This document shows, in pieces, positions 28,922 to 37,788 of a stretch of 49,215 nucleotides of DNA. The notes below the pieces were generated by a model. That model made no database searches, had not been told where the DNA came from, and saw nothing but the letters and a program-made list of their open reading frames with translations. The stretch is taken from the NCBI GenBank assembly GCA_964014485.1, contig CAXHAT010000034.1:1-49215 (forward strand), given 5' to 3'. A program made the translations under genes and the position numbers. The stretch's first letter is position 1; each line of letters starts with the position of its first letter. Source of the DNA: an uncultured Deferribacteres bacterium. GTDB lineage: Bacteria; Zhuqueibacterota; Zhuqueibacteria; Zhuqueibacterales; Geothermadaptataceae.

Positions 28922-29500
28922 ATGAACAGTATTGCGCAATATCTGAACAAGCTTGAAGAGCGGAAACTCGTCCGATCGTTTCTCAAAAAACGTGACGAAC
29001 AAGCGTTTCGAAGCCTGTATCGAAAATATACGCCCGGCGTTTATCGGCTGGCGCTCAGGCTGTTGAATGGAGACGAAGCGCTGGCAGAAGAGACGGTGCA
29101 GGAAGGTTGGACGCGCGCCGTACAAAATCTGCCGAAATTCCGCTGGCAATCGAGTTTCCGAACATGGCTGCACTCGATTATCGTGCATTGTTGCCAGGAA
29201 CAGTTCCGCCGAAAAAATCGAAAAAATTGTGACATTGACGAGTTGATCGGGGATTCTGATGAACCGGCTGAATTACACGGCGATTCAATCGATCTGGAAA
29301 ACGCCTTCAATCAATTGCCCGACGGCTATCGGCAGGTTTTGATTTTGCACGATCTCGAGGGCTACACGCACAAGGAAATCGGGCTGTTGCTTGGCGTTCA
29401 ACCCGGCACCAGCAAGAGTCAGCTTTCGCAAGCGCGCAAAGCAATGCGCCGCTATTTGCGGCCGGAAACCGCCGGTGAAGCAGGAGATTTTTATGACTGA
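28922..29500 (+). CDS. ECF sigma-70 factor
   Basis: DEQAF..LY, AEETVQEGW, FRWQSSFRTWL, LPDGYRQVLILHDLEGYTHKEI..GTSKSQLSQAR. Confidence 0.95.
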   Translation: MNSIAQYLNKLEERKLVRSFLKKRDEQAFRSLYRKYTPGVYRLALRLLNGDEALAEETVQEGWTRAVQNLPKFRWQSSFRTWLHSIIVHCCQEQFRRKNRKNCDIDELIGDSDEPAELHGDSIDLENAFNQLPDGYRQVLILHDLEGYTHKEIGLLLGVQPGTSKSQLSQARKAMRRYLRPETAGEAGDFYD

Positions 29501-30110
29501 AAAAATGAATGATCCCGAAGACTTACAACCGCGGGAAAGAGCCGTTTTAGAAAAACTGTTTAGCGAAAAAACGCCGCCGAAAACGCTCGAAGACAAAACC
29601 GTTTCGGCTTTGAAAAGCAGAGGGCTGGTGCGCAGCGCTTCTGCGTCTTACATCCCCTATTTTCTCAAGCCGTTGGGGGCGTTCGCGGCGGCGGCGCTTG
29701 TTTTTGCGGCGGGATTCTGGGCTGGAAATCGGGAAGAACCGCAGACGCCGCAAAAGTCTTCCAAACCGGTTTTCGCACTGTTCATTTACGACACGGAGGC
29801 GATGACGGAAAATGATGCGGTGCGCACGCGCGTTTATAGCCAGTGGGTCGGCGAAACGGCGGCTTCCGGGCGGTTCGCGTCCGGTACAAAGCTGGAGCAA
29901 AGCGGGCGCATAATCCGGCCCGCCGCGAATAGACTTGAAGTGATTGATCGAAAAGCGGAAACGCAGTGCGGTGATCTGCGGGGCTACATTTTGCTTGAAG
30001 CGGAGAACATGGACGAAGCCGTCAAAATCGCTTCGACAAACCCGCATTTGCGATACAAGGGGGTTTTAGAAGTCAGAGAACTGTTCCGATTTAACGGTTT
30101 AAACGATTGA
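29493..30110 (+). CDS. Putative anti-sigma factor: short cytoplasmic N-terminus, TM helix, YCII/DGPF-like domain
   Basis: overlaps the sigma stop, CAGGAG RBS; AAAALVFAAGFWAG TM; GYILLEAENMDEAVKIA..PH...G.LEVR. Confidence 0.75.
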   Translation: MTEKMNDPEDLQPRERAVLEKLFSEKTPPKTLEDKTVSALKSRGLVRSASASYIPYFLKPLGAFAAAALVFAAGFWAGNREEPQTPQKSSKPVFALFIYDTEAMTENDAVRTRVYSQWVGETAASGRFASGTKLEQSGRIIRPAANRLEVIDRKAETQCGDLRGYILLEAENMDEAVKIASTNPHLRYKGVLEVRELFRFNGLND

Positions 30111-30132
30111 TTTCATAACCAAAGGAGGCGAC

Positions 30133-30888
30133 ATGTACAACAAGCTGTTTCTCAAAACCTTAACCACATTTTTTGTACTGATTGGCGTTGCGCTGGCGGC
30201 GGCCGGAGAAAGCAAGCGCGACAGCGAAATCGAAGTTCTGCCGCGTGAATTGGAAGTTGAGCTGGCATTGAGCGCGGCGCCAAAACATTTGCGTGCGGAA
30301 GCGGGCGTTTACGTGCTGGAGAAAAACGGCTACGCACAAGTGCGGGAAAGCAAAAACGGTTTTATTTGCATCGTTACTCGCCCCGATTTCGGTATTCAAG
30401 AAGGCGCTTTTGAACCAATGTGCTTGAGCCCGGAAGCTGTGCGCGTGTACCTTGAAGTTATCCTTGAAAATGCAAAGCTGCGCGCGCAAGGCAAGAGTTT
30501 GGAAGAATTGAACCGAATTATCAGCAATGGTTATGCAACAGGAAAATACGAAACGCCTTCAAAGCCTGGCGTGATTTATATGCTGTCGCCAATAAACCGC
30601 GTGGGTGCAAACACAGGTAAAAATTTCTTGCCCGGCGCAGGCGACGGCGTCATTCCCGTACATCCCCACATCATGTATTTTGGATTTAACGTTTCGAGGG
30701 AAGAGCTTGGCTTGTTGGGCATGAGAGATCAAAAGCGTCCGGCTTGGCTGCCGCTTTTGACGGGACAGAATCGTCCGTTTTCGTGGATTGTGACTTTCAT
30801 CGACCCCAAAGCCGTGCAGGAAATTATGAACGCTCCGGGAAGCATTGCACTGACGAAAAAAATGCAAAAATACTTAAAGCAAGGATGA
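30133..30888 (+). CDS. Secreted protein of unknown family, paralog 1
   Basis: AAGGAGG RBS, signal peptide; LALSAAP, NGFIC, YMLS, PHIM motifs shared with 33200 and 34307. Confidence 0.85.
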   Translation: MYNKLFLKTLTTFFVLIGVALAAAGESKRDSEIEVLPRELEVELALSAAPKHLRAEAGVYVLEKNGYAQVRESKNGFICIVTRPDFGIQEGAFEPMCLSPEAVRVYLEVILENAKLRAQGKSLEELNRIISNGYATGKYETPSKPGVIYMLSPINRVGANTGKNFLPGAGDGVIPVHPHIMYFGFNVSREELGLLGMRDQKRPAWLPLLTGQNRPFSWIVTFIDPKAVQEIMNAPGSIALTKKMQKYLKQG

Positions 30889-30986
30889 AAGTCATGATCG
30901 GTTTTACGTTGACACAGGTTGTTTTAGACTACGCGATTTATATTGAACCAATCGGTATAACTGGTTGGATTTGGTCATGGTTTTAA
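30885..30986 (+). CDS. Small hydrophobic peptide 1 (33 aa; alternative start 30894)
   Basis: ATGA overlap with upstream stop; MKVMIGFTLTQVVLDYAIYIEPIGITGWIWSWF; resembles peptide at 31219. Confidence 0.6.
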   Translation: MKVMIGFTLTQVVLDYAIYIEPIGITGWIWSWF

Positions 30987-30997
30987 ATTGAAACGCT

Positions 30998-31188
30998 CTA
31001 CCTGACACTTTTTTGTATACTGCATTTTCGAGCCGTCTAAAGGTCCCGTTTTGTCATTCTGGAAGAATCTTTGTTATCGCCCAGTACAGATCATGCTCAA
31101 AAGTTCAAGGGTACGGATCAAAAAAGATGCTTTCAGCATGACAATTCCGGCCTCTTTCGCCAACATCAGAAACCTACACAAAAAGTGT
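30998..31188 (+). mobile_element. MITE family A copy 2 (right TIR degenerate)
   Basis: collinear with 27959-28155. Confidence 0.85.
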
Positions 31189-31218
31189 AATCCCAAAATC
31201 AAAATGGAGCATTATGAA

Positions 31219-31296
31219 ATGTTTTCAATCATTCTGAGCTTTAGCATTTTCATCGATCCGGGCGGCCTCACAAGTTTGATCATCTGGTTATTGTAA
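31219..31296 (+). CDS. Small hydrophobic peptide 2 (25 aa; alternative start 31204)
   Basis: GGAG RBS at 31206-31209; MFSIILSFSIFIDPGGLTSLIIWLL. Confidence 0.6.
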   Translation: MFSIILSFSIFIDPGGLTSLIIWLL

Positions 31297-31470
31297 GACT
31301 AACAATCGGCTTTGGTAAAGCGGCGCTTTTATCTGGGTTTTGAAAACGAAAATGTATAGCCGACATTCCGCACATCAATTGTCGCATTTGAATTCATTTG
31401 TTGAAAGAGCACTTTTTCGACAATTTTAGTGCGGCTGCAAGACATTTTTTGCGCCTGATGAGCGTTTGCC

Positions 31471-31598
31471 TCTCATTAGCCCCGGCTTTCAAGCCGGGGT
31501 TTTGGTAAAATCACACTTTTCTTCTCCCCGCCGCGCTTGCGCGGAGAAGGGGGGAAAGGACGCTTTTGTCACCGCCCTGAAGGACGGCGCTAATGAGA
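31471..31598. repeat. TCTCATTAGC..GCTAATGAGA REP-like unit, copy 2
   Basis: same termini and three-hairpin layout as 3348-3482. Confidence 0.8.
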
Positions 31599-31684
31599 GA
31601 AAGAAATGATTTCCATCTCCAATTCTTGTGTGCGGAATGTCGGGTATAGAGACGCTGACAATTGTTTTACATAATGACGGGTTG

Positions 31685-32944
31685 ATGATGAGTGACGCCA
31701 AAACATGGTTCGTGCGCGGGCTTAAAACCTTGCTAAGGTTGGTTGTTGTCTCGGTTCTGCTGATTGGCGGATGCTGGATCACCAGACCGTCCGTTCCGGT
31801 GAACGCTTCGAAGCTGCAGGCGGAAACCGTCGCATCACCGCAGTATCGCGCGGCGGCGGATTCAGCGACTTTTTTGTTCAAAAATGTCAGCCGGGAACTC
31901 AAGCTGCCGTCCGTATCCATCGCTGTCAGTGTTGGCGATGAACTGATTTGGAGCGCAGCATTTGGCTGGGCAGACGTAAGCGCTGAAAAGGCGGCGGGAC
32001 TCGGAACGCGCTATCGAGCGGGAAGTGTTTCAAAATCCATGACCGGCCTTGTAGCTGCAAAGCTCGTCGCTGCCGGAAAGCTGGATTTGGACAAGCCGGT
32101 TCATGAATATTTGCCGAATTTTCCAGAAAAGCGCTGGGCGTTTACACCGCGTCAACTAGGGGCGCACACCGCCGGGATTCGTCACTACGCCGCTCCAGGA
32201 GAAACGGGTTTTTTCGCCGAACAATTTTCTTCCCGTCAATATGCGTCCGTTGGAGAAGCACTGGAAATATTTCGAGATGATCCTCTGCTTTTTGAACCGG
32301 GCGCAGGATTTCAATATTCAACGCATGGTTTTACGCTGTTGAGCGCCGTTTTGCAAAAAGCGGCGAACAAGGACTTTCTTGATCTTGTCAACGAAACAAT
32401 CTGGCGACCGCAGGGAATGAAGGACACTCGCCCGGATGACTTTTCTCAAGAAGATCCAGAGCGCGCCGTTCCATATACCGCGATCGGCGGGCGGCTTTTC
32501 CATTGGGAAGGGCCAAATCCAAGCTACAAATGGGCTGGCGGGGGAATTCTGACCGCACCGACAGATTTGGTACGCATGGGAGGCGCGTTTTTGACTGATC
32601 GCGTCGTCTCGTCCGTTTTATGCGATTCTCTTATTGCGCCAATTCCGCTTGCCAACGGCGCGGCCAATCCGCAAGGATATGCTTTGGGGTGGCGGGTGCA
32701 GAAAGTTGCTGAATTGCTTGGCTCCGCCGATTCACTCCGCGTTCTTCATCATGGCGGTTCTTCGCCCGGCGGATCGTCATTCCTACTCTTAGTTCCAAGC
32801 GGCAAAGTTGCCGCAGCGGCGATGACCAATCTTTCTCTTTCTAGAGCCGGGCCGCTGCGCCGCGCCGTCTTCCAAATCGCAGGGCTTTTTCGCGACGTCG
32901 CTTTGAATGATATGAATTCACACTTGAAGATGAACAAAAACTGA
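31685..32944 (+). CDS. Serine hydrolase, beta-lactamase class C / AmpC-like family
   Basis: GSVSK (SxxK), HTAGIRHY, LLFEPG..F.YS, HHGG; N-terminal anchor or signal peptide. Confidence 0.92.
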   Translation: MMSDAKTWFVRGLKTLLRLVVVSVLLIGGCWITRPSVPVNASKLQAETVASPQYRAAADSATFLFKNVSRELKLPSVSIAVSVGDELIWSAAFGWADVSAEKAAGLGTRYRAGSVSKSMTGLVAAKLVAAGKLDLDKPVHEYLPNFPEKRWAFTPRQLGAHTAGIRHYAAPGETGFFAEQFSSRQYASVGEALEIFRDDPLLFEPGAGFQYSTHGFTLLSAVLQKAANKDFLDLVNETIWRPQGMKDTRPDDFSQEDPERAVPYTAIGGRLFHWEGPNPSYKWAGGGILTAPTDLVRMGGAFLTDRVVSSVLCDSLIAPIPLANGAANPQGYALGWRVQKVAELLGSADSLRVLHHGGSSPGGSSFLLLVPSGKVAAAAMTNLSLSRAGPLRRAVFQIAGLFRDVALNDMNSHLKMNKN

Positions 32945-33055
32945 CGCCAGGGAGCAACGCTTCGTGACTCAGCAAACGTTATTTACTGATGTTACCGTCT
33001 TCAAAACCGGGACTGTCCAAAAACAGAAAACTTGCATAGCGATGTACAACATGTC

Positions 33056-33083
33056 GTAGGAGTTCAAGATTTTGAACCCCTAC
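33056..33083. repeat. GTAG-type REP palindrome, class 2
   Basis: GTAGGAGTTCAAGATTTTGAACCCCTAC, with the same ACAACATGTC flank as the 17890 copy. Confidence 0.88.
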
Positions 33084-33112
33084 CGCACGCCTCACTTAAA
33101 TACATCCTTTTT

Positions 33113-33140
33113 ATCCGTTTTCTCCCGCCCAAACGTCTAA
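33113..33140 (+). promoter_or_regulatory. Putative ECF sigma promoter ATCCG-N16-CGTCTAA
   Basis: matches 26419-26446; 60 bp before the ATG at 33200. Confidence 0.65.
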
Positions 33141-33199
33141 ACGACGGCCGCCGATAGATCAATTTATTTTTGAATCTCAAAACCAGGGAGAAATTCGTC

Positions 33200-33889
33200 A
33201 TGAAAGCTTTTAAACCTGCTGCGTCGAAATTCTTGTCGTCGTTTGTTTGTTTACTTGCAATCGTTCTGGCCTCAGCCTTTTCTTTTCCGGCTTCAATGCC
33301 AACGGAAGAAACTATTGAATCCAAAAATATCAAGCCCATGCCTCGCGATCAGGAAATCGCCATGGCTTTGAGCGCAGCGCCGGTGCATTTGCGCAAGGAT
33401 GCGACGGTTTATGTGCTTGAAAACGGCAAGTATGCCAAAGTCCGAAAAGGGACGAACGGCTTTCATTGTCTGGTGGTGCGCTTCGGCGATATTATCGCGC
33501 CGTACGCTTATGATCAGGAAGGCGCCGAAACTTTGATGCAGGCGGATTTCCGCCGCGCCGAGCTGATTGCTCAAGGCAAAAAGCTTCAAGAAGCGCAGAA
33601 GATTATTGCGAAGGAATTCAAATCAGGCAAGCTGATCGCGCCGCGCAGGTCGGGCGTGGCCTACATGCTCTCCGCTGATTTTGTCAGGCATGACCACAAG
33701 ACCGGCAAAGAGTCGCAGGTATTTCCGCCGCACGTGATGTTTTACGCGCCGTACTTGAAGAATTCAGACATTGGCGCTTTGCCGGAGCATTTTAACAGCC
33801 CGGATCACGTTTATGTGCTTAATGAAGGTCAACCCGGAGCGCTGCTGATCGTCGTGCCGAAATCAAATCCGGCGGAGACGAAGAAGTAA
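33200..33889 (+). CDS. Secreted protein of unknown family, paralog 2
   Basis: AGGGAG RBS; signal peptide; ALSAAP.HLR, GTNGFHC, YMLS, PHVM. Confidence 0.85.
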   Translation: MKAFKPAASKFLSSFVCLLAIVLASAFSFPASMPTEETIESKNIKPMPRDQEIAMALSAAPVHLRKDATVYVLENGKYAKVRKGTNGFHCLVVRFGDIIAPYAYDQEGAETLMQADFRRAELIAQGKKLQEAQKIIAKEFKSGKLIAPRRSGVAYMLSADFVRHDHKTGKESQVFPPHVMFYAPYLKNSDIGALPEHFNSPDHVYVLNEGQPGALLIVVPKSNPAETKK

Positions 33890-34018
33890 TTCGAAGCCGA
33901 AATGTTGGCTAGCTTTTTGAGAAGCGCGGTGGAATCGGAGGGGCAAGCGGCGGTCGGCGAAAAAAGAAAACGAGAGAACCAGTCTGACTGCCGCTTTTTT
34001 TGAATTTTGGAAAGAATA

Positions 34019-34290
34019 ATGAAAAAGCGTTTGATTGCTTTCTTGGTGGTTTTTCCGACAATCAATCTGGATAAAATTCGAAAAAGCCACAGCGACGGCG
34101 GCATATTTTCATGGACGCCAATCGCAAGAGACGTTGCAAGCTCAGGCGAGCTATGCAATACCTGCGACTCATATCAAATCAAACTTGAAGAATAGAAAAT
34201 CGAGACCAGTCATTATTTGCGATTTTGGAAAAGAGAGTCAAACGACGGTTGGAAAATTGTCGTCGATTTGGCCAAGTCAACACATTCTTT
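34019..34290 (+). pseudogene. DUF4440/NTF2-like pseudogene
   Basis: FSWTP..RDVASSGEL...*...YLRFWKRESNDGWKIVVD; in-frame TAG at 34193-34195 and shortened N-terminus. Confidence 0.7.
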
Positions 34291-34306
34291 TTCGGAGAAG
34301 AGTCAA

Positions 34307-35002
34307 ATGATAAAATTACGAAAGTTATCTGTTTTTCTAATTCTTACTTACATATTTGCAGCGGACGTTTTCGGCCAAGCGGAAAATCCTTATGAAAAAA
34401 TGGCGCCGATTGAGGCGTACCTGATGAAAGATCGGATGCGGGAAATCGAAATTGCGCGCAGTTCTGCTCACGCTGAAATCACCGCCGATGCGACGGTGAT
34501 GGTTTTAACCAAGAACGGCTATGAAGTGGCTGTGGAAGGAACGAACGGTTTTATTTGTCTTGTTTTACGCTCTTTCACCGGCCCGTGGGCGAATCCGGAA
34601 TTCTGGAACCCGAAACACATCGATCCTATTTGTTATAATCCCGCCGCCGTGCGCACGGTTCTGCCGCAAGACACGATGCGGACGAATCTTGCCCTAAAAG
34701 GCCTCTCGAAAGAGCGGATGCGTGAAGAAATCTTGAAAGCCTACGGTTTGGGGAAATTGAAAGCGCCTGAAAACGGCGCGTTGGCGTTTATGATGTCAAA
34801 AAATCAAATGCTCGGCGACGCTATCGGACACTGGCGGCCGCATATTATGCTTTACATACCTAACGCCACCTATTTTGAATTGGGCGCTATTGGACAATTC
34901 GCGCCGGGCGTGCCATTCGACGGCGAAAATGAAATTATGACCACAATTTTGATTCCTGTACCGCACTGGTCGGACGGTACGCCGGAAGCCGGACAGCCTT
35001 GA
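34307..35002 (+). CDS. Secreted protein of unknown family, paralog 3
   Basis: GGAG RBS, ATG 34307, signal peptide; GTNGFICLV.R, PIC, FMMS, PHIM. Confidence 0.85.
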   Translation: MIKLRKLSVFLILTYIFAADVFGQAENPYEKMAPIEAYLMKDRMREIEIARSSAHAEITADATVMVLTKNGYEVAVEGTNGFICLVLRSFTGPWANPEFWNPKHIDPICYNPAAVRTVLPQDTMRTNLALKGLSKERMREEILKAYGLGKLKAPENGALAFMMSKNQMLGDAIGHWRPHIMLYIPNATYFELGAIGQFAPGVPFDGENEIMTTILIPVPHWSDGTPEAGQP

Positions 35003-35127
35003 GCAGACAAGCGCTTTTTGATATTTTCTTCGATCATTTTCCTTGCCAACTGGTCTTTTTTGTGCAATGCTCTGTTTTGCAAGATTCTTGTGAAAACCGT
35101 CCAATTTGAAATAAGGAGATCACTAGG

Positions 35128-35438
35128 CTGCGAAAAACGACCGGCTCTGCTATTGCGCTCATTGTTATTTCCTCCCAACCCAAAATCTCTCAAGCCCAAG
35201 ACGGTTGACGTGGCCGGAAAAGGCGGAGAATTTGCAAGTTTTGCCAAAGGATTGGCCCGGCGCACGACTGCGCTTCCCCATGCGCGAGTTTGCACGCGCG
35301 CTTGGCGTTGATTGCGCGCATTGTCACGTCGGCGAATCGGGCAATAAACCTGAAGCTGAGAAGTATTACAAGAAGTCGCTCGAATTAGATCCGAGCAATC
35401 AAAACGCCAAGGACATGCTGAAGAAATTGCAGGAGTGA
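35128..35438 (+). pseudogene. Frameshifted, internally deleted c-type cytochrome (reaction-centre cytochrome-like) / TPR gene
   Basis: AAGGAG RBS; out-of-frame signal-like segment; NLQVLP...M..F.RALGVDCAHCHV joined directly to the TPR end YYKKSLELDPSNQNA. Confidence 0.65.
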
Positions 35439-35441
35439 CCG

Positions 35442-36035
35442 TCACTTTTGAGCGGTGGAACGCAGAAAATCTTTAAACTGTTCGCTGCTATAGTCCGCCA
35501 TCCCCAACTTTCTATAAACGATTCGTCCCTCCGCGTCGATCACAAATGTCGCCGGGATAGTATTGTTCAAAAACGCTTTCGGCACGCTTCCAGCCAAGCG
35601 GTAGACTGGGAATGTGTATGGACGGTCATTGAGAAAATCTTTTACCTGAGATAAACTCTGGTCTGTCGCAACGGTGACAATTGAAACGTTTTCAGACTGC
35701 ATCATCTCAAAAAGCCCCTGAATTGCCGGAAGCTCAGCAAGGCAGGGCGGGCACCAGGTCGCCCAGAAATTCAGGAAAACCGTTTTGCCCCGAAAATCTT
35801 CAAGATTCGCAGATTCCCCACTCAGGGTTCGGAGCGGCATATTCAAATCCGCTTCAACCGGCGCGCTGTCTAACTTGGGAATTTTGGGCTGAAACAATCC
35901 AACGGCGAACGCGGCGCGATGCAAAAAAGTGCTGATCGGCCTATTCCAGCCCGTCACATTCAGCAGCACAAAAACCCCAATCAGTAACGCCCACTCTAAA
36001 ACCGACCGTTTCCAACTCTTTTTATTTTTTTCCAC
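35442..36035 (-). CDS. TlpA-family thiol-disulfide oxidoreductase
   Basis: TM anchor; NFWATWCPPC..ELP; IPATFVID..G. Confidence 0.93.
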   Translation of the reverse strand: MEKNKKSWKRSVLEWALLIGVFVLLNVTGWNRPISTFLHRAAFAVGLFQPKIPKLDSAPVEADLNMPLRTLSGESANLEDFRGKTVFLNFWATWCPPCLAELPAIQGLFEMMQSENVSIVTVATDQSLSQVKDFLNDRPYTFPVYRLAGSVPKAFLNNTIPATFVIDAEGRIVYRKLGMADYSSEQFKDFLRSTAQK

Positions 36036-36059
36036 TGCGATGGCTTTCCCGATTTTTCA

Positions 36060-36253
36060 CTACCTGACACTTTTGTATAGGTTCTAAAACTGGCGAAAGA
36101 GGCCGGGATTGTCATGCTGGAGGCGTCTTTTTTGATCCGATCCTTGAACTTTTGAGCATGATCTGTACTGGGCGATAACAAAGATTCTTCCAGAATGACA
36201 AAACGAAGCCTTCGACGGCTCGAAAATACAGTTTACAAAAAAGTGTCAGGTAG
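36060..36253 (-). mobile_element. MITE family A copy 3
   Basis: reverse complement of copy 1; supplies the queD stop codon. Confidence 0.88.
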
Positions 36254-36658
36254 AGAGTCCCGATATTCCGCGCATGAGTCGCGCGTTTCCCAAAGCCGCA
36301 CTGCGGCGACCGGCAATTTTCTGCTTTGGGCAAATTCAAAAATCAATTTTGCAATATTCTCAGCCGTTGGATTTCCTTCCATGACAAAAATGCGCTCACC
36401 TGCTTCCTGCAAGATCAAAACAAGCGGATCGTCCGCTCTAAGAAGCGTGCGATGATCCAGCTCATTGTCCACAAAATCTTTAACCGTGCGCTTAACGACC
36501 GAAAAATCATGAACCATGCCGCGCGCATCGAGTTTTTCTGCGGCAAGTTCAATTTCGACCAAGCCGTTGTGCCCGTGCAAGCTTGCGCATTTGCCTTCGT
36601 AATCCAGCAGGCGGTGGCCGTAACAAAAATCTATTCTTTTTATAATGCGATGTTTCAT
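36233..36658 (-). CDS. queD: 6-carboxy-5,6,7,8-tetrahydropterin synthase
   Basis: F.YGHRL..Y.GKC..LHGH, LDH, NPTAENIA, LWET. Confidence 0.9.
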   Translation of the reverse strand: MKHRIIKRIDFCYGHRLLDYEGKCASLHGHNGLVEIELAAEKLDARGMVHDFSVVKRTVKDFVDNELDHRTLLRADDPLVLILQEAGERIFVMEGNPTAENIAKLIFEFAQSRKLPVAAVRLWETRDSCAEYRDSLPDTFL

Positions 36659-36757
36659 CTAATTATTCTCAATATTCGCCGGCCGGCTTCCGTCAAAAAG
36701 CCGTTGCCGGTGATTGCGTTTTTTCTGATGATCAAAAATGAAATGTAATCGGATAAT

Positions 36758-37702
36758 TTGTTCCGGCCAATGATAACCGAACCTGACACTCCCGCAGTAG
36801 CCAAAGTCCCGATCGTTTATCACAATGATTACGTCACGCCGCTGCCGGACGGGCACCGCTTTCCGATGCCCAAATTTAAGCTTCTCTATGATTTATTGCT
36901 TGAAGAAAGCGTCATTCATTCCACTCAAGTTCATCGTCCTGAAATCGCTTCGCATGTGTTGTTGGAAAAGGCTCACTCGTCGGAGTATGTGACTGCATTT
37001 TGCGACGGAACATTGTCGGAAAAAGCGGTTCGCAAAATCGGCTTGCCGTGGAGCGAGGCATTGGTCACGCGGACCAGAACGGCTGTCGGCGGGACTTACT
37101 TGACGGCAAAATTGGCCTTGGATCGCGGTCTGGCTTGTAACCTTGCCGGGGGAACCCACCACGCCTTTTCGGATCATGGTTCGGGATTTTGCATTTTCAA
37201 TGACATGGCCGTTGTTTCCCAAGCGTTGCTGGATGAAAACGCTGTCCGCCAAATTTTAATTATCGATCTCGACGTGCATCAAGGCGACGGCACGGCGGCG
37301 ATATTTGGCGACGAAGCGCGCGTGTTCACTTTTTCGATGCACTGCGAGAAAAACTTCCCGTTCATCAAGCAAAAAAGCGATTCAGACGTATCGCTGCCAG
37401 TTGGAACGCCAGACGCAGCTTATCTCGGAACACTGAAAAACCATCTCAACAAGTTGCTCGACGAAGTACGCCCTGATTTGGTTTTTTACGACGCAGGCGT
37501 CGATCCGCACCGAAACGACGCTCTGGGAAAACTTTCTCTGACGGACGCAGGCTTGTTCGAGAGAGACAAGTTTGTCATTCAATCTTGCGTAGATCGGAAA
37601 ATCCCAATTGCGACTGTTATCGGCGGCGGGTATGACAAAAACCGGCGCGAATTGGCTTACCGGCATTCTTTTGTCGTTCGTGCGGCGTTGGCGATGCAAT
37701 AA
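36758..37702 (+). CDS. Histone deacetylase-family protein
   Basis: HRFPM.K, GGTHHA, GFCIFND, DLDVHQGDGT, GVD, GGGY. Confidence 0.95.
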   Translation: MFRPMITEPDTPAVAKVPIVYHNDYVTPLPDGHRFPMPKFKLLYDLLLEESVIHSTQVHRPEIASHVLLEKAHSSEYVTAFCDGTLSEKAVRKIGLPWSEALVTRTRTAVGGTYLTAKLALDRGLACNLAGGTHHAFSDHGSGFCIFNDMAVVSQALLDENAVRQILIIDLDVHQGDGTAAIFGDEARVFTFSMHCEKNFPFIKQKSDSDVSLPVGTPDAAYLGTLKNHLNKLLDEVRPDLVFYDAGVDPHRNDALGKLSLTDAGLFERDKFVIQSCVDRKIPIATVIGGGYDKNRRELAYRHSFVVRAALAMQ

Positions 37703-37788
37703 TTTTCTTTGAGATATGGCGCGATTCTGCAATTCATCGGCGTGCAAGTCTTGGCCTAGGCTTCTGTTTGGCATAAGCCGGAGTCGAA

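Noticed and set aside
31219..31296. DPxGL as an RHS autocleavage motif
   Set aside because: The upstream Pro of PxxxxDPxG is absent and no RHS/YD repeats are nearby
7622..33083. 28-bp palindromes as CRISPR repeats
   Set aside because: Dispersed singletons with no spacer periodicity and no cas genes
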